64,000 nucleotides of DNA from an uncultured Verrucomicrobiae bacterium (GTDB lineage: Bacteria > Verrucomicrobiota > Verrucomicrobiia > Limisphaerales > Palsa-1400), in assembly GCA_963764165.1 (NCBI GenBank), contig CAVXRD010000001.1, positions 384,001-448,000 on the forward strand. The letters are read 5' to 3'. Below the pieces are notes generated by a model. The model searched no databases, was not told the DNA's origin, and saw only the letters and a list, made by a program, of their open reading frames with translations. Of the stretch, positions 1-6,617 are shown piece by piece; position 1 is the first letter of the stretch, and the number at the start of each line of letters is the position of its first letter. A program made the position numbers and the translations under genes.

Positions 1-102
1 GGAAACGCCCCCGGCGGAAAGTTGAAGCGCGCCAGCCGCCAGGCTTGCGGCGGCAGTCGTTTTGACAAACGTGCGGCGGGACACAACGCGATCCGATTTC
101 AT
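1..102 (-). CDS. 5' end of a Tat-exported protein (truncated by window edge)
   Basis: Reverse strand from ATG at 102 reads MKSDRVVSRRTFVKTTAAASLAAGALQLSAGGVS; SRRTFVK twin-arginine motif plus hydrophobic stretch. Confidence 0.75.
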   Translation of the reverse strand, partial: MKSDRVVSRRTFVKTTAAASLAAGALQLSAGGVS

Positions 103-180
103 CCGCCCAAGCTGCCAAAACCAAAGCTGCGCTGCCACGAAAAAGCGCGATCAAAAGCGGGTGATTGAGGCAGGCCTTCA

Positions 181-363
181 AGCGCGGCTGTGTCGAAGAC
201 CAGCCGCAGCAATACTCAAACAACCGAAATAGAATCTTGTTATGGCGATCTCAGAAGAGCGTATCAAAATTTCGGAACTGCGACTGGCGAGCCGTGGAAC
301 TTGTTCAAACGCGCCACTTGTTTCGAAGCGGCTGCGGCCGGTCTTCGTCACAGCCACGCTCCG
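181..363. repeat. REP family A inverted pair (AGCGCGGCTGTGTCGAAGACCAGCCGCAGC)
   Basis: Copy at 181-210, inverted degenerate copy at 331-363; same unit recurs at 9661, 47207, 53571. Confidence 0.85.
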
Positions 364-448
364 CTCAAAACAAAATTACTCGCGCCTCACCGACTTCTCA
401 TCACACCCCAGCCAATGTGATGGTGAGACTTTTGGCGGCGGCTGGGGC

Positions 449-1312
449 ATGATGGTTTCGTTGAACGCGGAAAATTACCAACTCGTTCGTTTAAAAAATG
501 GAACGCATAGCATTCGGTCGCTGGCGGAGCACGAGACGTTTCATCCCGTCGTCGGGCCGGTGGCGGAAGCAGAGGCGCTTTATGTCAAGCAACTCCGTTT
601 GCGGGAGCGTTTGCAATCGCACCAGGGCGAATTCGTGGTTTGGGACGTCGGTCTCGGCGCAGCCGCCAATGCCGTGGCCGTGCTGCGCGCGACCTCGGAT
701 TTGCCGTGCCCGCTGCGCATCATCAGCTTTGACCGCACGCTGGAACCGCTGGCCTTCGCGCTGCGGCACGCGGCGGAATTGGGCTATCTGTCCGGCTACG
801 AGAATGTCTTGCGGGAATTGCTCGGCAACGGGGCCGCGCTCGGCGGCCGGTGGGAATTGCGCGTTGGAGATTTCCCGGAGCTTTTGCAAAAATCTCCCCC
901 GCCCGCTCCGCCGCCGCACGCGATTTTATTTGACGCCTTTTCGCCGGCGAAAAATCCCGCCATGTGGACTGCGCCGCTGTTTTCAAATTTGCACCGCTGC
1001 CTCGATCCGCAAAGACCTTGCGCGATGCCGACTTATTCGCGCAGCACCTTGCTGCGTGTGACATTGTTGCTCGCGGGTTTTTTCGTTGGAGCCGGCCACG
1101 CGACGGGCGAGAAAGAGGAAACCACCATCGCCGCGAACACGCTGGATTTGCTTGATGAGCCCCTGTCACACGAATGGCTGGAACGCGCGCGCCGTTCGCG
1201 AAGCGCGGAGCCGCTGTGGGAGCCGGTGTATCGGCAGGCGCCACTGTCGAGCGAAAGCTGGGTGAAACTTTCAAAGCATCCGCAGTTTCAGCGAGAAAAA
1301 GGCTGTCAGTGA
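449..1312 (+). CDS. Stand-alone MnmC/MnmD-like SAM-dependent tRNA methyltransferase
   Basis: ETFHP...EA, DVGLGAAAN SAM motif, DAFSPAKNPAMW, TYS, G.K.E motifs of the MnmC methyltransferase domain; the ORF-track start at 242 runs through the REP, so the real start is probably ~449. Confidence 0.75.
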   Translation: MMVSLNAENYQLVRLKNGTHSIRSLAEHETFHPVVGPVAEAEALYVKQLRLRERLQSHQGEFVVWDVGLGAAANAVAVLRATSDLPCPLRIISFDRTLEPLAFALRHAAELGYLSGYENVLRELLGNGAALGGRWELRVGDFPELLQKSPPPAPPPHAILFDAFSPAKNPAMWTAPLFSNLHRCLDPQRPCAMPTYSRSTLLRVTLLLAGFFVGAGHATGEKEETTIAANTLDLLDEPLSHEWLERARRSRSAEPLWEPVYRQAPLSSESWVKLSKHPQFQREKGCQ

Positions 1313-1355
1313 AAGACCCTATAGTGCCTGCCGCGGCCAGCCGGCAAGCTGTCGC

Positions 1356-1721
1356 ATGATCATAAAAAATCTCAAACTGCTGGGACTGTTCTCCATAACC
1401 GCTGCCTTGGCCACGGGCTGTGCCGTTCAAGTCAGACCCCCGGTGGTGGAAGTGGCCGCCCCCCAGGTTGAAGTTTCGGTGGGCGTGCCGGACGCCTATA
1501 CTTGGGACGGTGTCGAATATGTCGGTTTTGTTGGCGGTCAGTATATGTATTTGGGGCCCGGAGGAAGCTGGCTGGTATGCGATCCCGTCCGGCTTGAGCG
1601 CTTCCACGGATGGGAGCGGGGCCACCCGGATTGGCGGCGCACTGCCATTCGCAACGAGGGTCGCAACGCGCGCGGCAGAGGACCGGTCCGAAAGGAAGAG
1701 AGACACGAAGAGCGGAAATGA
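1356..1721 (+). CDS. Small lipoprotein, unknown function
   Basis: Lipobox-like LATGC after hydrophobic segment; aromatic/Gly core, Arg/Glu-rich tail. Confidence 0.7.
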   Translation: MIIKNLKLLGLFSITAALATGCAVQVRPPVVEVAAPQVEVSVGVPDAYTWDGVEYVGFVGGQYMYLGPGGSWLVCDPVRLERFHGWERGHPDWRRTAIRNEGRNARGRGPVRKEERHEERK

Positions 1722-1783
1722 GATTCTGCTATTAGGATTATTGCCAAAGCAAACTGTGCCGCAGGGAAAAGACGCCCGTGCGG

Positions 1784-3025
1784 CTAACCTTCCGCGCTGA
1801 TCTTCTCCATCCACTCAGGAACCGGCGCGTCTTCAACGGCGGGGCGAAGGAAACGCGACAGCGGAATGCACGCTAGAACCAGCGTGGCGGACATGAATCC
1901 CACGATTGGGAAATTCCGCAATTCACCCGTCGGCGAATCTGTGATCAAACCGCTTACGTACGTGGCAAGCCCAAGGCTGAATTGCTGCACCGACGAATTC
2001 GCACTCATGAATCCCCCGCGGTACTGCGATTTCACGCTTCCGGTGATCATCGCCATCGCCGGCACCGAACGTCCCGACATGCAGACCATGAACAGCGCGC
2101 AGACCGCTATGCCGGTTACTAATGGCACCGGGGGCAGATTCGTAAAAATCAACACCGGCACCACCGCACACACTGAAACAATCCAAAACACCCGCGGCTT
2201 CCCCACCCGGTCCGACCAGCGCCCGATATAGTTCATGCTGCCGAATGTGCAAAGCCCGCTCACCAAATAAATTAACGGCAAATGCTCCTCGCTCATCCCC
2301 GCGTTCTTCTCCATGTAAGTTGGGATGAACGGAAAGATGAGCGCCCCGCCGCACGTCAAACCGGCCATCAGCAAAAACGCCATCTGATGATCCCGTTCCA
2401 TCCAGACCGACAAAACGCGAGTGACCGGATGCGATTGCCGGGCGCGGGCCAGGTGATTCCGCATCGGCGGAAAAAACCACATGCAAAACGGCAGAATAAC
2501 TGCCGCCAAACCCGCCAGCACATAAAACGGCGCGTGCCAATTCGAGAGATGCTTTAAATAAAGCCCGCAAGGCACACCAATCGTCGAAGCCACAGAGAAA
2601 GCCGACATCACCAATCCCATCGCCGCCCCGCGCCGCTGTTCGGGCACCGCATCGCCGATGATGGCGAGAATCAGCGCGCCAGTGACCCCGGCAAACGCGC
2701 CTGCCAGCGCCCGCGCCGCAACCAGCAAATGGTAAGTTGGAGCCACCGCGCAAAAGAGCGTGCCGGCCGCGAACCCGGTAAAAAGCACCAGCAACGCGCT
2801 TTTCCGATCAAAATAATCCAGGAAAAACCCCGCCAAAACCCCGGTAATCCCGGCAGCGACCGCGTAAGCCGAGACAATCAGCCCAAACTGGCTGGAAGTA
2901 ATGTGCAAAACCTCCACATAAGTCGGCCCCAGCGGGAGAACGATGAGGAAGTCGAGCACCGTGACAAACTGGATGGCCGCCAGCATTATCAGCAGCATCC
3001 ATTCTTTTCGAGCATTCGAATTCAA
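1784..3025 (-). CDS. MFS transporter (drug:H+ antiporter-like)
   Basis: ~12 TM segments, motif A variants GFFLDYFDRK and GRWSDRVGK. Confidence 0.9.
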   Translation of the reverse strand: MNSNARKEWMLLIMLAAIQFVTVLDFLIVLPLGPTYVEVLHITSSQFGLIVSAYAVAAGITGVLAGFFLDYFDRKSALLVLFTGFAAGTLFCAVAPTYHLLVAARALAGAFAGVTGALILAIIGDAVPEQRRGAAMGLVMSAFSVASTIGVPCGLYLKHLSNWHAPFYVLAGLAAVILPFCMWFFPPMRNHLARARQSHPVTRVLSVWMERDHQMAFLLMAGLTCGGALIFPFIPTYMEKNAGMSEEHLPLIYLVSGLCTFGSMNYIGRWSDRVGKPRVFWIVSVCAVVPVLIFTNLPPVPLVTGIAVCALFMVCMSGRSVPAMAMITGSVKSQYRGGFMSANSSVQQFSLGLATYVSGLITDSPTGELRNFPIVGFMSATLVLACIPLSRFLRPAVEDAPVPEWMEKISAEG

Positions 3026-3086
3026 GTGCGGAAGTTAAGGCACAACCGATTGTTGCGCAAGGAGAGGCAAAAGGAGGCCGCCGTTC

Positions 3087-3230
3087 ATGTTCGGCATGGG
3101 GGTTCGCATCGGTTCGATGGATTTGAAAATCGCCTGCGTCGCCATGGCGCACGACGCCACGCTTCTCACGCGCAACGTCAGGGACTTTGCCGAAGCCTCT
3201 AGCCTGCGATTCGAGAATTGGATCGAGTAA
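3087..3230 (+). pseudogene. C-terminal remnant of VapC/PIN toxin
   Basis: Translates MFGMGVRIGSMDLKIACVAMAHDATLLTRNVRDFAEASSLRFENWIE*, matching the PIN C-terminal RIG.MDLKIA..A.....LLTRN..DF pattern; N-terminal half absent. Confidence 0.75.
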
Positions 3231-3232
3231 AT

Positions 3233-3300
3233 GTGCTCGAATGGTTTAAGGATGGGAGGAACAGATCCGCATAAAGCGTATTATTGACCGACGCAGGTAA
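3233..3300 (+). pseudogene. Possible BrnA-type antitoxin fragment
   Basis: VLEWFKDG then, after a frameshift, QIRIKRII; resembles the BrnA DVLEWFK..G.GYQTRIN motif. Confidence 0.4.
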
Positions 3301-3375
3301 CGCAAGGATGAAAATTGCGGGAGGATATTCTTACCGGCGGACCGAATAAACGATGCGCGCGAAACCAACTTCGGT

Positions 3376-3460
3376 CTCCTTTCCTGAGTTCGGGCGTTCT
3401 AGATTCAATTTTTCCTAATATTTCTTCAAAAATCGTGCCTAAAAACCTCTGGTAGGTTTT
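3376..3460 (+). promoter_or_regulatory. Conserved non-coding motif, copy 1, with palindrome AAAACCT-N5-AGGTTTT
   Basis: Aligns with reverse complement of 9546-9629 (ctcctttcctg...gattcaa...ttcttc(c)aaaaatcgtgccWaaaaacctctggWaggtttt). Confidence 0.65.
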
Positions 3461-3750
3461 CTGTTTTCATTTCCATGTGCCAAGCTGCCTCGATGAATAA
3501 TATTATATATGTGAGTTTGAGTTTGGGTTTGATCGTGTAGATGGGGCTGGTCGTGGGTTTGGCCGAAGCACCCTTCCCATTCGGCCTTCCAAGCAGGCGC
3601 GGCAAGCCGCAAAGTCAAAATCGGGCAGTTCCGTTGTTCACGCGAACCCCCTTCCCGCGCTAAGGCTACGGAATGCAGCCCGGATGCCTTGGCGAGATAT
3701 TCTCTGCCTTTTCCTGGCGCCGCAACGAGCGGCGTGTGTCATGGAACGAG

Positions 3751-3847
3751 TATCACCTAATCGCAGCAAGTCGCACCAAATCGCACCAAATCGCACCAAA
3801 TCGCACCAAATCGCACCAAATCGCACCAAATCGCACCAAATCGCACC
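3751..3847. repeat. 10-bp tandem repeat (TCGCACCAAA)
   Basis: 7 perfect copies 3771-3840, partial copy 3841-3847, two degenerate copies 3751-3770. Confidence 0.95.
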
Positions 3848-3993
3848 TGTTTTTTGAAAAAATCGCGGGAAAAGCAGAACGCTCAAGGACCATCATTGCG
3901 TATAAATTTTATTGCTTCGCCCCGCCCGCTGGGGGACCCGTTGCCCGCGAAACGGAATTGATTGGCTGGCCGAGTTCGGGAATCGTTGGCCGC

Positions 3994-4923
3994 GTGCAAA
4001 CGAAACCGCGTCATGGTGCCATCGCCTCCGGCCTGGTGGCGGCGGTGTTGCTTTGGGGCGGAAACAATACGGGCGTTAAGGTGCTGGTCAAACAATGGCC
4101 CGCGCTGACGACCGGCAGCACGCGTTTCATCGCGGCGGGCCTCCTGATGCTGGCGGTCTTCCGCTGGACGAACTGGCTTGGCAAGCAAGTCCCCATGTCG
4201 GCCGAAACGAAACGCATTCTATGGACGCGATGCGCCCTGAGTTTCGCCGTCTACATTGCGCTGTTCAACTGGGCGTTGCAGTTGACAGCGCTTTCGCACG
4301 TTGCCGTATACCTTGCGGCTGCGCCGGTTTGGGCGCTGCTGTGGGAAGGATGGCCGGAACCCAATTGGAAATCCGCGCAACGCTACGGCGCAGCCGCGCT
4401 CGCCTTCAGCGGCGTGCTGGTGCTCTTCCTCCCCACCCTGCTCCACGCGAAAGCCGGCAGCGTCCTGGGCGAAGTTCTGGGGCTGGCGTGCAGCGTCCTC
4501 TGGACAAATTTCGGCGAGCAATGCCGTGCGCTCGGCAGCGAAATTCCCGGCCCGCAAGTCACCGCCCAAACTTTTTGGCGGGCGGGAATTCTGATGGCGC
4601 CGCTTTCATTGGTTGAATTGGCGACGGGCAGCAAAATGCCGCTGACGGCTTCGCTGATCGGCATTCAGATATTCTGCACCATTTTCGGCGGCGTTGTGGC
4701 GTTTGCGCTGTGGAATCACGGCTTGCGCCATTGGAAAACGAGTCAAGTCTATCTTTTCAGCAATCTCATCCCTCTCAGCAACATGGCATGGGCGCACGCA
4801 TGCCTCCACGAACCAATCACCACGCGCTTTTGGATTTCGACGCTGCTCATTATAACTGGCGTGCTCATGAGCCAGGCCAATTGGCAACGCATCTTCGGCA
4901 TGCGCTGGCTGCCGACGGATTAG
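3994..4923 (+). CDS. DMT/EamA family transporter
   Basis: LLWGGN...RF..AG first-repeat motif, ~10 TM; start probably GTG 3994 rather than 3673. Confidence 0.85.
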   Translation: MQTKPRHGAIASGLVAAVLLWGGNNTGVKVLVKQWPALTTGSTRFIAAGLLMLAVFRWTNWLGKQVPMSAETKRILWTRCALSFAVYIALFNWALQLTALSHVAVYLAAAPVWALLWEGWPEPNWKSAQRYGAAALAFSGVLVLFLPTLLHAKAGSVLGEVLGLACSVLWTNFGEQCRALGSEIPGPQVTAQTFWRAGILMAPLSLVELATGSKMPLTASLIGIQIFCTIFGGVVAFALWNHGLRHWKTSQVYLFSNLIPLSNMAWAHACLHEPITTRFWISTLLIITGVLMSQANWQRIFGMRWLPTD

Positions 4924-5032
4924 GCGGAGAGGAAAAGATCCCAACCTTCACTGTAAGACGCACTCAATATGATCCGATGCGGCCATGCTGGAGGCGGGTT
5001 GACTCGGTCACAGGATGATGTAGGATTCATCC

Positions 5033-5314
5033 ATGAAGTCCGACACGTATCCGTTAGCTGTGCCGCCCGAACTGCTCGGGGAGGTGCGAAGGGCTTCCCG
5101 GGATTTGGGCCTCTCCATGGCGGACATCATGCGGCAGAGCATGAAGCTGGGGTTGCCCAAACTTCGCGAGCAGTTAGACCCCGAACCGCCAAAGAATCTA
5201 AAGCCATTGTCGAAAGCGGAGTCCCGCCGGTGTTACCAGCAGCCGAACGACGAATTTGACGCGCTGGAACATCATCTCGCCAGCCTGCCCTCGCCGCCTC
5301 CTGACGCGGAATGA
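5033..5314 (+). CDS. Putative ribbon-helix-helix antitoxin
   Basis: YPLAVPPELLGEVRRAS..LGLSMADIMRQ strand-helix-helix pattern, acidic C-terminus, ATGA overlap with toxin. Confidence 0.7.
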   Translation: MKSDTYPLAVPPELLGEVRRASRDLGLSMADIMRQSMKLGLPKLREQLDPEPPKNLKPLSKAESRRCYQQPNDEFDALEHHLASLPSPPPDAE

Positions 5315-5634
5315 AAGCCTGGGACATTTTCAGTTGGCAGCCTACCGGTTGGCCGGAGCCCCATCCAGCGATCATCGTTTCCCATCCCGACAGGGTGGCA
5401 TTCAAACCGGATGTGACCGTATTGGTATGCACCTCGCGAAGAGCGACCCGGCAACCGGAACCCAATGAGGTCATTCTCGACGCCAATGACGGCCTGGATT
5501 GGCCGACGCTATGCAAGTGCGACCTGCTCTACACCATCCAAAAAGCGGATCTGCACAATCGTCGTGGAGCGGTCAGCGCCGAACGCAGAAGGCAGATCAT
5601 TGCCACGATCAATCGCGCCAACGGTTGGCATTGA
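5311..5634 (+). CDS. PemK/MazF-family toxin
   Basis: WDIF...HPAIIVS.....V.VLVCTS...GL...T..CD....I.K..L..RRG pattern of PemK/MazF; 107 aa. Confidence 0.8.
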   Translation: MKAWDIFSWQPTGWPEPHPAIIVSHPDRVAFKPDVTVLVCTSRRATRQPEPNEVILDANDGLDWPTLCKCDLLYTIQKADLHNRRGAVSAERRRQIIATINRANGWH

Positions 5635-5811
5635 AGCGGCTTGCGACAGTCGAACGCTTGGTTGCACGAACCGATCACCAAGCAGTTCTGGTAGGCTCGC
5701 TTGTTTTAGCATGCGGACAGGCTGTTGATGAAGTTTGGCTGAACACCCGATCATTTAAATGTGTGAGAAAGACGGGGCTTTGACGCCTAGCCCTGTTCCG
5801 AAACTAATCGT

Positions 5812-6219
5812 ATGACAGACCACGATCCCACCATCCGCATCGAACATTTTCCCGACGGCAGCGATGATGCACCCCTAATCTTGATCTGGGGCTACGATAT
5901 CCAAGCCACCCGTGACTTGTTCCATTCAATTCGGGCGCTTCGCGATGGAAGGGAACAGGAAATTGCGATTCACCGATTGCCACACTTTGAAGGGGTCGGG
6001 GGCTTGGAGCTCTTCGCCCGCATGTCTGAGATTAGTGACCATGGGCCGAAGTGCCGCAACGGACTCATTTTTGATTGGCGACTCTCGGATGAAGAGTGGC
6101 AGCAGGTGGAAGATTTGCTCGCGCCCTTCTGCGACCGATACGCAGCACCGGGGCCACACCAGTGGCTCAACAATTCACGTGGGATTTCTGTGATCTTTTC
6201 GACGGGAAGAGGATGGTAG
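5812..6219 (+). CDS. Hypothetical protein
   Basis: 135 aa ATG ORF with globular-protein composition; no motif recognised. Confidence 0.6.
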   Translation: MTDHDPTIRIEHFPDGSDDAPLILIWGYDIQATRDLFHSIRALRDGREQEIAIHRLPHFEGVGGLELFARMSEISDHGPKCRNGLIFDWRLSDEEWQQVEDLLAPFCDRYAAPGPHQWLNNSRGISVIFSTGRGW

Positions 6220-6279
6220 ATATCGCTCTTTCTACCGGACTGGCGCACGTTCAGTGGGGGGGAATTTGAACATTTGTTT

Positions 6280-6336
6280 CCGGTGGTGTCGCTTTCGCTC
6301 AACCACCGGCTATTGGCTGCCATCCCCTCCGGCATG
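6280..6336. repeat. REP-like hairpin (family D), single copy
   Basis: CCGGTGGT-gtcgctttcgctca-ACCACCGG stem at 6280-6309 followed by catcccctccggcatg. Confidence 0.55.
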
Positions 6337-6343
6337 CCGTCCG

Positions 6344-6617
6344 CTAGTGTAGTGTCTCTTAAATCGCTTTACATTCGTTGCGTCGCATTTGGCCTGTGGC
6401 TAGGCGCGACGAAGGAGCATCCCTTCATGGGGCTGTGACTGAGGAGCAACGACGCCACAGGCCAAATGCGACGCAACCCGCAGGGCGGCAGGTCTTTTTG
6501 ACGCAGGCCGCGTTGCTCGCTCCTCACAGATCCATGCGGATATGCTCGTCGCTCGCGCCTTGCCCCCGTCAAAAATCCCTTGCCGCGAATGTAAAGCGAT
6601 TTAAGAGACTACACTAG
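6344..6617. mobile_element. MITE-like element with ~32-bp terminal inverted repeats ending in CTAG
   Basis: 6344-6377 ctagtgtagtgtctcttaaatcgctttacattcg vs 6586-6617 cgaatgtaaagcgatttaagagactacactag (differ only by a 2-nt indel); internal perfect 24-bp IR 6377-6400/6454-6477; no transposase. Confidence 0.85.

Noticed and set aside
181..363. ~30-bp palindromic repeats as CRISPR repeats
   Set aside because: Copies are inverted doublets scattered over 53 kb, not direct repeats with regular spacers; REP behaviour
242..448. N-terminal extension of the methyltransferase ORF (likewise 9755-9880 and 16617-16808)
   Set aside because: Reads through REP sequences or an upstream gene; not protein-like
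3751..3847. Tandem repeat as a CRISPR array
   Set aside because: Contiguous 10-mers with no spacers and no cas genes in the window
3673..3993. N-terminal extension of the DMT ORF (RTKSHQIAPN repeats)
   Set aside because: Simply the translated 10-mer array; transporter homology begins near GTG 3994
6369..6617. Short ORFs on both strands inside the MITE
   Set aside because: No transposase motifs; by-products of the inverted-repeat structure
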